A DNA stretch of 64,000 nucleotides from Patescibacteria group bacterium (GCA_038064595.1 JBBTSV010000001.1:1915-65914), one strand, 5' to 3'. Positions 27,396 through 36,496 are shown, counted from the first letter of the stretch. Numbers and translations: made by a program. Notes: generated by a model from the letters alone, not told the origin.

Positions 27396-28477
27396 TGCTA
27401 CACTATAGGTCTATGACTCACAGCAAGGTCCGACCCTACTTTCTCGTGCTGGCATTGGCGGGTACCTGTGTGCTCACCGCGCTTGTATTTGCACCCTTTC
27501 TAAAGCCGCTCGCACTCGCCGCGGTCTTTGCGGTCGTCCTGCAGGGGCTCTATCGTAGGGTCGGAACGGTGTTTCGTGGGTGGCCGAGCATCTCTGCTCT
27601 CGTCACCGTTCTCGTGAGCGTAGTGCTCATCGTACTCCCTCTATCCCTCATCGGGACGCTCGTCGCACATGAAGCGAACATGCTCTACCTCTCTCTTGAG
27701 AGCACCGGGGGTGGGCGTACAGCACTCGCCCAGATGGTTCTCAATATCGATGCGAGCTACGGGAGTGTTGTACCGGGATTGAGCGCATTTGCCGAGAATG
27801 CTTCAGCGAATATCGATGCGTACATAAAAGAAGGGTTGCGGTGGGTCACCGACAATGCCGGCGGCATATTCTCTAGTTTCTCGCGAATCCTCCTCTCATT
27901 CTTTATTTTCTTTATCGCCCTCTACTACCTCCTGCGAGACGGGAAGCGCGTTCGCCAGTTTCTTATCCACCTCTCGCCGCTCGGCGACATTGAAGATACC
28001 CACGTACTCGATCGACTCGAGCTTGCGGTCAACTCGGTGATTAAGGGGAATCTCGTCATCGCGCTCGTGCAAGGCACCCTCACCACCATTGGCCTCACCC
28101 TCTTTGGGGTGCCGAGCGCGATTCTCTGGGGTATGGTTGCCGCTATCGCGGCGCTCATTCCGGGCGTTGGTACCAGTCTCGTCCTCGCCCCGTCGATTCT
28201 TTTTCTCTTTTTTGTCGGAGAGACCAGCCAGGCAGTGGGACTACTCATCTGGAGTGTCATTGCCGTTGGTCTTATCGATAACGTCCTCGGCCCCAAGCTG
28301 GTGGGCCAAGGGATGAATATGCACCCGCTCCTTGTCCTCTTGTCAGTGCTTGGCGGACTCCTCTTTTTTGGTCCATCGGGGATCTTTCTTGGCCCGCTCT
28401 CGGTGAGTCTCCTCTTCGCACTTCTCTCGCTCTACACAGATTTTTCTCATCCTCCGCAGTCGGGACATCTCTCGTAG
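27395..28477 (+). CDS. AI-2E family transporter (UPF0118/PerM-like)
   Basis: Eight TM helices with the typical AI-2E layout. Confidence 0.7.
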   Translation: MLHYRSMTHSKVRPYFLVLALAGTCVLTALVFAPFLKPLALAAVFAVVLQGLYRRVGTVFRGWPSISALVTVLVSVVLIVLPLSLIGTLVAHEANMLYLSLESTGGGRTALAQMVLNIDASYGSVVPGLSAFAENASANIDAYIKEGLRWVTDNAGGIFSSFSRILLSFFIFFIALYYLLRDGKRVRQFLIHLSPLGDIEDTHVLDRLELAVNSVIKGNLVIALVQGTLTTIGLTLFGVPSAILWGMVAAIAALIPGVGTSLVLAPSILFLFFVGETSQAVGLLIWSVIAVGLIDNVLGPKLVGQGMNMHPLLVLLSVLGGLLFFGPSGIFLGPLSVSLLFALLSLYTDFSHPPQSGHLS

Positions 28478-28481
28478 TGTC

Positions 28482-29108
28482 ATGCAGCATCTTAGGTGGT
28501 ATGGCGTAGTCGCACTTATTGTTCTCCTTGGCGGTTGGTATGTATATGCGACTCGCGAACGACCCGTTGCCAACTATCCGTCAGCGGGGACCGATATCAT
28601 CGCCTTTGGTGACAGCCTCGTCGCAGGGAGCGGCGCCTCCCCCGGAAACGACTTTATCTCGCTCCTCTCGCGCAAGATCGGGCGACCCATTATCAATCTC
28701 GGCGTCTCGGGCGACACCACGGCCGACGGTCTTGCGCGCGTAAACGAACTCGATCAGTACCAACCCAAGATTGTCCTCCTGCTCCTCGGCGGGAACGATC
28801 ACCTGCGGAGAGTGCCCGCCGAGACTACCTTTACCAATCTCGCCACACTCATCGAGGCGATTCAGGCGCGTGGCGCGATCGTCCTTTTGCTCGGGGTGAA
28901 GGGTAACCTCATCGGTGACTCGTTTGCGAGCGCCTTTGAGGAGTTGCGTGACACCTACCACACCGCGTATGTGTCGAATGTGCTTGGTGGGCTCTTCGGA
29001 AACAGTCAGTACATGGCCGATGCGATTCACCCCAACGACGCGGGATATGCTGTTATCGCCGATCGCATCTACCCGGTCCTCCTGCCCCTGTTGTCCGGTC
29101 GTATATAA
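28482..29108 (+). CDS. SGNH/GDSL esterase (arylesterase-like)
   Basis: FGDSLVAGSG, GGNDHL, DAIHPNDAGY. Confidence 0.75.
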   Translation: MQHLRWYGVVALIVLLGGWYVYATRERPVANYPSAGTDIIAFGDSLVAGSGASPGNDFISLLSRKIGRPIINLGVSGDTTADGLARVNELDQYQPKIVLLLLGGNDHLRRVPAETTFTNLATLIEAIQARGAIVLLLGVKGNLIGDSFASAFEELRDTYHTAYVSNVLGGLFGNSQYMADAIHPNDAGYAVIADRIYPVLLPLLSGRI

Positions 29109-29142
29109 AAGCAAAACGGTCACCCTAGGGTGACCGTCTTTT
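29107..29142. terminator. bidirectional rho-independent terminator (A-run, GGTCACCCTAGGGTGACC hairpin, T-run)
   Basis: Perfect 8-bp palindromic stem flanked by AAAA and TTTT. Confidence 0.8.
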
Positions 29143-29162
29143 GTCGCCCGCATGGGCGACGT

Positions 29163-29468
29163 CTAGAAGCGTTGCGGCTTCCAGATCGGAACGGCTTCGT
29201 ACAACGAGCCGTTCTCGGTCTCCAAAACCGTCCCTTCCCCTTGCAGGGTCGGGACTATTGCCGTGATCGGGCTCGTCCTGAAGCCCGGGACGTTCCCGCG
29301 CCTCCGAATTCCGAAGTGCTGTTCCGCCGGCACCTCGGCAGTTGCGGCAGGCGCCACCGCGATCGGCGGGAGACCCGGTCCCCGACCCTTGTGGGTTTGA
29401 GTGACCCGAAGGGTCACTCCGCGGTACAGCACCGTCGTGCCGACCAATGGGTCGCGCAGTGTGAGCAT
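29163..29468 (-). CDS. low-complexity 101-aa ORF with its own promoter, RBS and terminator; could instead be a structured ncRNA
   Basis: Minus-strand TTGACA-16-TATGAT (29523-29550), AGGAG 9 nt before the ATG, terminator at 29107-29142; G/P/T/V-rich product; multiple perfect hairpins in the DNA. Confidence 0.3.
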   Translation of the reverse strand: MLTLRDPLVGTTVLYRGVTLRVTQTHKGRGPGLPPIAVAPAATAEVPAEQHFGIRRRGNVPGFRTSPITAIVPTLQGEGTVLETENGSLYEAVPIWKPQRF

Positions 29469-29589
29469 TATCTCTATCTCCTAAAGTTCAGTTTCGCCAC
29501 CCTAGACAAGGGGACTTGGGTGCATCATAGCACCCTTTACGTATATGTCAAGCATTAAAAGTGCACGGCCCCTGGTGGGGCCGTGTGCG

Positions 29590-30114
29590 TCAGTCGGGGA
29601 GAAAGTTGCTCTCCCCCCCGAACGACAGCGAACTGTCCTCTTCGAGGGGGCGGAACCTCCGCGTCCTCACCCTTCTCTCCGCTCGGATCTGGTAGACAGA
29701 TCCGTTCCTCGTCATCACGACAAGGATCCGCTTCTTGCGGGAGTAGTAGAGGAAGTCTGTGATTGACCGCGTAACCCTCTCTTGGGGCACGCCGTCGAGC
29801 ACCTCCTCGGTGGGGATACGCAAGCGTTCCCCCGCCTTCACTCCTTGGTGGTATCCCTTTGGGATACGCCACCGGGCGCTTCGGCGCTCCTCGGGCGAAA
29901 GAAGTTGCCCATCGGAATTGCTTCCGATGTGGTCCCGCTCCTCGAGTGGGACATGATCGGTCGCCAGTCCCTTGCGGACCTGTGCGACCTTCAGGTCGCA
30001 TCCCTTGAAGTAGGTCGCCCCACCCCAAAGGATGATCGACAGCGCGCGCCACACGCGCAGGATGACCACATACGCGGCCCGTACGGCGCGCACTGCGGCA
30101 TGCAATTTTTCCAT
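29590..30114 (-). CDS. membrane-anchored hypothetical protein (174 aa)
   Basis: GGAGA Shine-Dalgarno 6 nt before the ATG, minus-strand promoter TTGACA-17-TATCAT (30173-30201), hairpin plus T-run terminator at 29561-29590. Confidence 0.5.
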   Translation of the reverse strand: MEKLHAAVRAVRAAYVVILRVWRALSIILWGGATYFKGCDLKVAQVRKGLATDHVPLEERDHIGSNSDGQLLSPEERRSARWRIPKGYHQGVKAGERLRIPTEEVLDGVPQERVTRSITDFLYYSRKKRILVVMTRNGSVYQIRAERRVRTRRFRPLEEDSSLSFGGESNFLPD

Positions 30115-30231
30115 TCGATCTCCTTCTCCTTGGTTGAATGTGCTTCGCTGCCAATTTGGGCAGCTTATGTATATGATATCATTATTATGTATATTTGTCA
30201 ATACTTCTCTAAAACGTGATAGAATAAGCCT

Positions 30232-30777
30232 ATGACAGAGACGGCGGTGTTTGGCGGCGGGTGCTTCTGGTGTACCGAGGCAGTATTTAAAATGCTCAAG
30301 GGGGTTGTGGCGGCTGCGCCCGGCTACGCGGGAGGGAAGACGGAGAACCCCACTTATGACCAGGTGTGTAGCGGGCTCACCGGTCACGCCGAGGTGATCA
30401 AGATTGAGTATGATCCCGCGCTCATCTCCTATCGCACTCTCCTGACCGTCTTCTTTGCTACCCACGACCCGACGACCGTTAATCGCCAAGGGCCCGATAC
30501 GGGGACCCAGTATCGTTCCGTCATTTTCTATACGACCCCAGAGCAGAAGGCCGAGGCCGAGGCTTTTATCAAGGAGGTCGACACCTCGACGAGTGCGGGC
30601 GACAAGGTGGTCACCACGGTCGAGCCGCTCTCCACCTTCTACGAGGCCGAGAACTATCACCACGACTACTTCACCCACCACCCCGACCAGGCCTACTGTC
30701 AGCTCGTGATTAGCCCCAAGGTGGAGAAGGTGCAAGAGAAGTTTGCGGAGTTACTTAATACAAAAACAAGCCTATGA
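30232..30777 (+). CDS. msrA: peptide methionine-S-sulfoxide reductase MsrA
   Basis: GGGCFWCTEAVF active site; -10 TAGAAT 6 nt before the ATG (leaderless). Confidence 0.9.
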   Translation: MTETAVFGGGCFWCTEAVFKMLKGVVAAAPGYAGGKTENPTYDQVCSGLTGHAEVIKIEYDPALISYRTLLTVFFATHDPTTVNRQGPDTGTQYRSVIFYTTPEQKAEAEAFIKEVDTSTSAGDKVVTTVEPLSTFYEAENYHHDYFTHHPDQAYCQLVISPKVEKVQEKFAELLNTKTSL

Positions 30778-31151
30778 AAAAAGATGAAGAGCTCTCGCCC
30801 GAGCTGCGGCGAGTCGCGCGCGAAGGCGGCACCGAGGCACCCTTTACCGGTGCGTATGTGAACAATCATGAGAAGGGGATGTATCGCTGTGCGATCTGTG
30901 GGACCGAGCTCTTTTCGTCTCTCACCAAGTTTGACTCTGGCACGGGGTGGCCGAGCTTCACGAACCCAGCCAATCTCGCACACGTGGAGCTGAAGACAGA
31001 CAGCTCGCTCGGGATACAGCGCACCGAGGTGGTGTGCAAGACCTGTGGTGCGCACCTCGGTCACGTCTTTGACGACGGGCCGCATGACCAAGGAGGTAAA
31101 CGGTATTGTATAAACTCCATTTGTTTAGATTTTGAAAAAGGTGGTGTGTGA
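30774..31151 (+). CDS. msrB: peptide methionine-R-sulfoxide reductase MsrB
   Basis: CxxC pairs (CAICGTELF, CKTCGAHLGHVFDDGP), GWPSF. Confidence 0.9.
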   Translation: MKKDEELSPELRRVAREGGTEAPFTGAYVNNHEKGMYRCAICGTELFSSLTKFDSGTGWPSFTNPANLAHVELKTDSSLGIQRTEVVCKTCGAHLGHVFDDGPHDQGGKRYCINSICLDFEKGGV

Positions 31152-31182
31152 GCGTGCTACACTACTCACACAAGTTGCAAAG

Positions 31183-31300
31183 CTTGTATCAAGAGGCAGT
31201 GAGAGAATTGGCTCGATGACCTGCCGGCAACACGGAGCACCAGCTCGCAGTGTGCCTCTTCCAACCCGCTCGGGAAAGATACCACTATCTTTTTTCGTGC
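31183..31300 (+). promoter_or_regulatory. SAM-I-clan riboswitch aptamer with intrinsic terminator (AAAGATA-CCAC-TATCTTT plus T-run) in the metK leader
   Basis: UAUCAAGAG..GGC..GAGAGA..GGCUCGAUGA..CCGGCAAC matches the SAM-I conserved core; P1 AAGAGGCA/UGCCUCUU. Confidence 0.6.
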
Positions 31301-31327
31301 TTTATAAAAAGTAAGCTTACACTCTGT

Positions 31328-32266
31328 ATGATCAGAACTGCTGAGTTTGTGTCTCCGGGTCACCCGGATAAGCGGTGCGACTTTATTGCTGACTCTATCC
31401 TCGACGCTTACCTCGCAGGCGATGCGGGGAGCCGGGTCGCGATTGAGGTGATGGGTGGCCACAACCTCGTCACGATTAATGGTGAAGTCACATCGGGGGT
31501 AAAGCCCGACATCATCGCGCTCGTGAAGGGGATCGTCGGTGAGGAGTATAAGGTGATTGAGAACGTTGCGCTCCAGAGTAAGGAGATCGGGCGCGGCGTC
31601 GACACAGGGGGCGCGGGCGACCAGGGGATCATGAAGGGCTATGCGACCAGTGAGACCGAGACTCTGATGCCACTTGAGTATGAGCTTGCGCGCAATCTCT
31701 GTCAGAAGGTCTATGAAAAGTATCCCTATGACGGCAAGACGCAGGTGACGGTTGAAGACGGTGAGGTGACCACGGTTGTCGTGAGCTTTCAGAACACAAA
31801 GAATGCCGAGCTCCTCCCCTTGGTACAGAGCGTGATCAACGCAAAGGAGTATCTCCTCAATCCTGCCGGCGAGTGGGTTCAGGGTGGCTTTGACGCCGAC
31901 ACCGGCCTCTCGGGGAGAAAACTTATTGTGGATAATTATGGGCCGGAGGTGGCTATTGGCGGGGGCTCATTCTCGGGCAAGGATTACACCAAGGTTGATC
32001 GCTCGGGTGCGTACATGGCGCGTCGCGTCGCGGTCGAGCTCCTCAAAGAGCGCAGAGCGAGGGCAGTGCATACCAAGCTCGCGTATGCGATCGGCAAGGC
32101 TGAGGCGGTGATGGCAGTGGCCGTTGTCGATGGGGTCGAGGAGCCGATCACCGGCTATGACCTCACGCCGCGCGGCATCCGCGCGAATCTTGCGCTCGAC
32201 ACCGTCCGCTACACCGACACCTGTACCTGGGGACACTTTGGGCGAGGCTTCACCTGGGACGCCTAG
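31328..32266 (+). CDS. metK: S-adenosylmethionine synthetase
   Basis: GHPDKRCD, GAGDQGIM, GGGSFSGKDYTKVDRSGAY. Confidence 0.85.
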   Translation: MIRTAEFVSPGHPDKRCDFIADSILDAYLAGDAGSRVAIEVMGGHNLVTINGEVTSGVKPDIIALVKGIVGEEYKVIENVALQSKEIGRGVDTGGAGDQGIMKGYATSETETLMPLEYELARNLCQKVYEKYPYDGKTQVTVEDGEVTTVVVSFQNTKNAELLPLVQSVINAKEYLLNPAGEWVQGGFDADTGLSGRKLIVDNYGPEVAIGGGSFSGKDYTKVDRSGAYMARRVAVELLKERRARAVHTKLAYAIGKAEAVMAVAVVDGVEEPITGYDLTPRGIRANLALDTVRYTDTCTWGHFGRGFTWDA

Positions 32267-32284
32267 GTGACGTATGATAGGGGC

Positions 32285-32560
32285 ATGAAATTCTCTGCAC
32301 TCGAGTGGCACAAGCGCTCAATCGTAAAGTCGATCAGTTATCGCGTCCTTAGTCTCACCGTCGATTCACTGGTCGCATACCTCTTTACTCGTGACGTTGC
32401 GCTCTCGGCCACCATCGTGATTGTGGTGAATACCTACAGCACTGTTCTCTACTACCTCCACGAGCGCGTATGGGCGCACATCCACTGGGGGCACACGCGG
32501 CTGCTCGCTACGCCGTTCCCAGGTGAGTTAAAAAGCGAGTCAACTCCGCGCCCTCAATAG
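32285..32560 (+). CDS. DUF2061-like small membrane protein
   Basis: Two TM helices, about 90 aa. Confidence 0.4.
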   Translation: MKFSALEWHKRSIVKSISYRVLSLTVDSLVAYLFTRDVALSATIVIVVNTYSTVLYYLHERVWAHIHWGHTRLLATPFPGELKSESTPRPQ

Positions 32561-33245
32561 GGCGGTGTGCGCCCGGTGCGAGATCGCCAAGGCGGATATT
32601 GAGGATCCGTGTGCGCTCGAGATCGACAACCGAGTTGTGCATCGTAGCGACCATACGACGGATCTGATGCTTCTTGCCTTCAGTGAGCGTGATGATGAAG
32701 CTTGTCGGTCCAGATTTGCGCACGATGCACGGCTTGGTCTGATAGCCCTCGATATCCACTCCGGCCTCCATCGTCTTTTTAAAGCTCTCGCGCAAAGGGT
32801 CGGCGACGCGTACGCGGTACTCCTTCTCGTGCTCGCGAGCGGGAGAGAGGAGACGCTCGGTGATGCGACCGTCGTTGGTGAGAATGAGAAGGCCGTGCGA
32901 GTCTTTGTCGAGGCGGCCGACCGGGAAGACGTCGTGAGGGAGTCCAGCACTTGTCCGCGCGTCTTTCTCTCCTTGCTTGGGCGAGTGGGTGATCACCCCG
33001 ATGGGCTTATTGAAAGCGTAGTAGACATACTGCGCGGGCGCACGCTTGTCGCGGAGCTCGACCGTGTCGCCTTCATTCACCTTCTCGCCGAGGGTGGCAA
33101 CACGGCCATTGACGAAGACTGTCCCGCGCGCGATGAGCTCGTCAGCCCCGCGACGTGTCGCAAGCCCTTGGTGAGCGAGGTATTTATTGATCCGCATCGG
33201 GTATTCCGCTGCGGTCTCTTCTGGCTGGGGAGCCTTTTTCTGCAT
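32508..33245 (-). CDS. rRNA pseudouridine synthase (RsuA/RluB family, S4 domain)
   Basis: N-terminal S4 (MRINKYLAHQGLATRRGADELI), catalytic GRLDKDSHGLLILTNDG. Confidence 0.8.
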   Translation of the reverse strand: MQKKAPQPEETAAEYPMRINKYLAHQGLATRRGADELIARGTVFVNGRVATLGEKVNEGDTVELRDKRAPAQYVYYAFNKPIGVITHSPKQGEKDARTSAGLPHDVFPVGRLDKDSHGLLILTNDGRITERLLSPAREHEKEYRVRVADPLRESFKKTMEAGVDIEGYQTKPCIVRKSGPTSFIITLTEGKKHQIRRMVATMHNSVVDLERTRILNIRLGDLAPGAHRPIEGAELTRFLTHLGTA

Positions 33246-33292
33246 GGAGGCACTATACAGTCTTTCCATTTTAATGCGAAATAGGTTAGGGT

Positions 33293-34816
33293 GTGGAGAT
33301 GGCAAAAGAAGAGAGCGTGATCCGCTTTGAGGAGGTGTCGTTTGGCTACGGACACAACAAGCCCATCGTGGATGGGGTCTCCTTTCCTGTCCGGCGCGGA
33401 GCGAAGATGGCCGTGATGGGGCAGAATGGCGCCGGCAAGTCGACCCTTTTTTCGCTCATGACGGGTGCACTCAAACCAGAGAGCGGAGAGATCAATGTGT
33501 CGCGCGGGATGAGAGTCGCTACCGCGCCGCAGGTGCTCCCGCGGGAGGAGCTCTCGCTTACGGTGCGTGCGTTCTTTGAGAAGCGCTTTAGCGAGAAGGT
33601 GTATGACATTGACCCTAAGATTGATGAAGTTCTTGAGGTGGTGAATCTGAAACACCACCACAAGAGTACTTCCATTTCCGTAAGTCCGAGTACGGACAAC
33701 GGAAATTGGTCGCACGAGAAGCTCCACGACCGATTGATGAAGAGCTTCTCGGGCGGGCAGACGGCGCGGCTGCTCCTCGCCTCCGCGCTCATCCAGAACC
33801 CGGATCTTCTCCTTCTTGACGAGCCGACCAATAATCTCGACAAGGCAGGGATTGAACACCTCACGCAGTTTTTGATCGACTATGAAAAGACCGTGATCGT
33901 GATCTCCCACGACTCCACCTTCCTCAACGCGTTTACCACCGGTGTGCTCTATCTCGACGTCTACACGCGCCAGATCGAGCAGTACTCGGGCAACTATACC
34001 GATGTGCAGCGTGATATCCTCGCGCGGATCGAGCGCGAGAACCGGGCGAACGCTCAGCTCGAGAAAAAGATCCAAGAGAATAAGGATAAGGCCAACTTCT
34101 TCGCCCAGAAGGGAGGGAAGATGCGCCTCGTGGCTAAGAAGATGCGTACCGAGGTCGAGGAGATGGAGGAGGAGAAGGTCGATGTGCGCAGAGAGGACAA
34201 GACAATCCGTCCGTTCACTATCCCCGCACAGACCGACTTAAGCGGCGTGGTGCTCGCGCTCACCAGCTACGCGGTGCTTAAGGGCAAGAAGCCGGTCGTG
34301 AAGAAGGCGAATGTCGCACTTCGTAAAAATAATCACCTCCTTCTGAAGGGACCTAACGGGATTGGCAAGAGCACCCTCCTTGAGGCGATCGCGAGGGGAG
34401 AGGCAAAAGGTGTCGAGATAACCAAAGGAGTGAAGGTGGGGTACTACCGCCAAGATTTCTCGACGCTTAACTTCGACCAGACGGTTCTTGAAGCACTGCG
34501 CGCGGCGGTGGGCCGGCCCGATGAGGAGAAGATACGTGCGACCGCCGCAGGGTTCCTCCTTACGGCCGACGTGATGGGCACAAAGATAGGTAGTCTCTCA
34601 GAGGGACAAAAGGGTCTGGTCGCCTTCTGCTCCCTTGTTTTGGAGCGCCCCGGACTCCTGATTCTCGACGAGCCGACGAACCATATCAACTTCCGCCACC
34701 TCCCGATTATCGCCAAGGCGCTTGATCAGTATCAGGGCGCGATGATCCTCGTCTCGCACGTCAGCGAGTTTGTCGAGCACATCCGCATCGACGACGTCCT
34801 CGACCTCGAGAAATAG
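33293..34816 (+). CDS. ABC-F family ATPase (tandem ABC domains, no TM)
   Basis: Two Walker A sites (GQNGAGKST and GPNGIGKST), two signature motifs, inter-domain linker. Confidence 0.85.
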   Translation: MEMAKEESVIRFEEVSFGYGHNKPIVDGVSFPVRRGAKMAVMGQNGAGKSTLFSLMTGALKPESGEINVSRGMRVATAPQVLPREELSLTVRAFFEKRFSEKVYDIDPKIDEVLEVVNLKHHHKSTSISVSPSTDNGNWSHEKLHDRLMKSFSGGQTARLLLASALIQNPDLLLLDEPTNNLDKAGIEHLTQFLIDYEKTVIVISHDSTFLNAFTTGVLYLDVYTRQIEQYSGNYTDVQRDILARIERENRANAQLEKKIQENKDKANFFAQKGGKMRLVAKKMRTEVEEMEEEKVDVRREDKTIRPFTIPAQTDLSGVVLALTSYAVLKGKKPVVKKANVALRKNNHLLLKGPNGIGKSTLLEAIARGEAKGVEITKGVKVGYYRQDFSTLNFDQTVLEALRAAVGRPDEEKIRATAAGFLLTADVMGTKIGSLSEGQKGLVAFCSLVLERPGLLILDEPTNHINFRHLPIIAKALDQYQGAMILVSHVSEFVEHIRIDDVLDLEK

Positions 34817-34935
34817 TAAAAAACCACTTTACCTTACCATCGTCTATAGGACAGACTAAGGTAAAGTGGAAATGAGAGATACATAAAAGCGACACCCCGC
34901 CGGAGCGGGGGTCGGGTGCGTACTGCGGTGTGTGG

Positions 34936-35229
34936 TTACGACGAACCGCACGAGAACACCTCCCGCAGTACCTTCGTGAGGGTCATCTCTTCGTCCCCGC
35001 GCAGCTCGATGGGGGACAGGGGAGTGACGCGGTGTGTGATCTGGAGTCTCCAATCACGCGGAGCACTTCCCGAGAAGATCCCCCGTACGGCAAAGTGGGG
35101 GAGGAAAGACTTGTCGCGACTAATCTCGCAGAGCAGCCGACCCATTGCCGTCTTCTGCGCGAGGTCGGTGGTCACGAAGACCTCGATGGGGAGAACGTTC
35201 TCCCCAACGACGACAGTTTTCATTTCCAT
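34936..35229 (-). CDS. small hypothetical protein (97 aa)
   Basis: AGGAG 5 nt before the ATG; hairpin plus T-run terminator downstream. Confidence 0.4.
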   Translation of the reverse strand: MEMKTVVVGENVLPIEVFVTTDLAQKTAMGRLLCEISRDKSFLPHFAVRGIFSGSAPRDWRLQITHRVTPLSPIELRGDEEMTLTKVLREVFSCGSS

Positions 35230-35296
35230 GATCACTCCTATCCGGCGACATGCCGGGTCTTGCGGCATCCTACACCTCTTAGGGCGAGATTCAAGT

Positions 35297-35680
35297 CTAG
35301 CGCTTCTCGAGGAGCGTGAGGATCTTTTCGAGCTTCTCGTTTTCGATACGGGCGAGACGGTGCTGGATATCTTCAATCTCCTCTTTCGCTTTCACATTTG
35401 TTGCATAGTCGGCCTCGGCTTGTATCCGGTCGCGTTGCGCCTGACGGTTCTGACTCATCATGACAAAGGTGGTGAGAAAGATCGCCTCGAGTGAGACAGA
35501 CATCGTGAGGAGGCCATAGGGAAACTTCTCGATCTTGAAGAAGAGCCACGCACCAAACCAGAGAATATGAAGGATAACGAATGGCCACGAACCGACAAAA
35601 GAGGTAATCATGTCCGAGAACCGCTCGCTCAGTGTCCGTTCCGCCTGATGCTTCTGATGCCAATTTAAAGTCATATTCAT
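35297..35680 (-). CDS. DUF1003-like membrane protein
   Basis: Two central TM helices and a C-terminal coiled-coil. Confidence 0.5.
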   Translation of the reverse strand: MNMTLNWHQKHQAERTLSERFSDMITSFVGSWPFVILHILWFGAWLFFKIEKFPYGLLTMSVSLEAIFLTTFVMMSQNRQAQRDRIQAEADYATNVKAKEEIEDIQHRLARIENEKLEKILTLLEKR

Positions 35681-35718
35681 ATACTATCACCTCGCGCGTG
35701 GTACAATCGACTCTTCAC

Positions 35719-36495
35719 ATGACTGAACCTGCGCTCACTATCAAAGACCTTGAGAAGACTTATGCGGGTGGTACCAAGGCGCTCGGCGGCGTCTCGCTCA
35801 CCGTCCCTGCCGGTGACTTCTTTGCGCTCCTTGGTCCCAATGGGGCGGGGAAGACAACGCTGATCGGTATCGTCACCGGGCTCGTGACCAAGTCGGGAGG
35901 CAGTGTCGAGGTTTTCGGTATCGATATCGAGAAGGAGCCGGAGAAGGCACGCACGATGATTGGCGTCTGCGGTCAGGAGGTCAATTTCGACCCATGGATG
36001 AAGCCCTTGGATATCGTGGTTAATCAGGCCGGTTACTACGGCATCCCGCGCTCGGTGGCGATCCCGCGTGCCAAGAAGCTCCTCGAGGATCTCGGGCTTG
36101 GCGATAAGATGGATCAAATAGGCTTTCGACTCTCGGGCGGGATGAAGCGTCGGTTGATGATCGCGCGCGCCCTTATCCATGAACCGCAGTTTCTTATCCT
36201 CGATGAGCCGACCGCGGGCGTTGACGTCGAGCTGCGCCGAAGCATGTGGGACTACCTTACCGAGCTTACCAAGAAAGGGGTGACGATACTTCTCACCACC
36301 CACTACCTTGAAGAGGCGGAGCGGCTCGCCAAGCATGTCGCCATTATTAACAAAGGTCAGATCGTGGCGAACGGTACCATGGAGGAGATTCTTGCGCTCC
36401 ACGATGGCGCCGAGAGCGGCTACGGCGGTGGCAAGCTTGAGGACATCTTTGTGAAGCTGACCACGGATTCGACCAGCTCACCGCAAGCCACCTAA
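35719..36495 (+). CDS. ABC-2 type transporter ATP-binding protein
   Basis: GPNGAGKTT, LSGGMKRRL, ILDEPTAGVD. Confidence 0.85.
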   Translation: MTEPALTIKDLEKTYAGGTKALGGVSLTVPAGDFFALLGPNGAGKTTLIGIVTGLVTKSGGSVEVFGIDIEKEPEKARTMIGVCGQEVNFDPWMKPLDIVVNQAGYYGIPRSVAIPRAKKLLEDLGLGDKMDQIGFRLSGGMKRRLMIARALIHEPQFLILDEPTAGVDVELRRSMWDYLTELTKKGVTILLTTHYLEEAERLAKHVAIINKGQIVANGTMEEILALHDGAESGYGGGKLEDIFVKLTTDSTSSPQAT

Positions 36496-36496
36496 T

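Noticed and set aside
29143-29520. RNase P RNA, SRP RNA or 6S RNA in the hairpin-rich GC spacer (also tested for 55283-55662)
   Set aside because: No GGAAAGUCCGGGC / AGGGCAGG / ACAGAACCCGGCUUA RNase P blocks, and no SRP domain IV motif, were found on either strand. The region is left as an unassigned structured locus.
29555-30735. Long minus-strand ORFs (199 aa and 381 aa) spanning the GC-rich spacer and running antisense through msrA
   Set aside because: They are Arg/Gly/Pro-rich, high-GC frame artefacts. The 381-aa ORF overlaps the well-supported msrA gene on the opposite strand. Only its distal part, from the ATG at 30114 with a GGAGA ribosome-binding site, is kept as a 174-aa gene.
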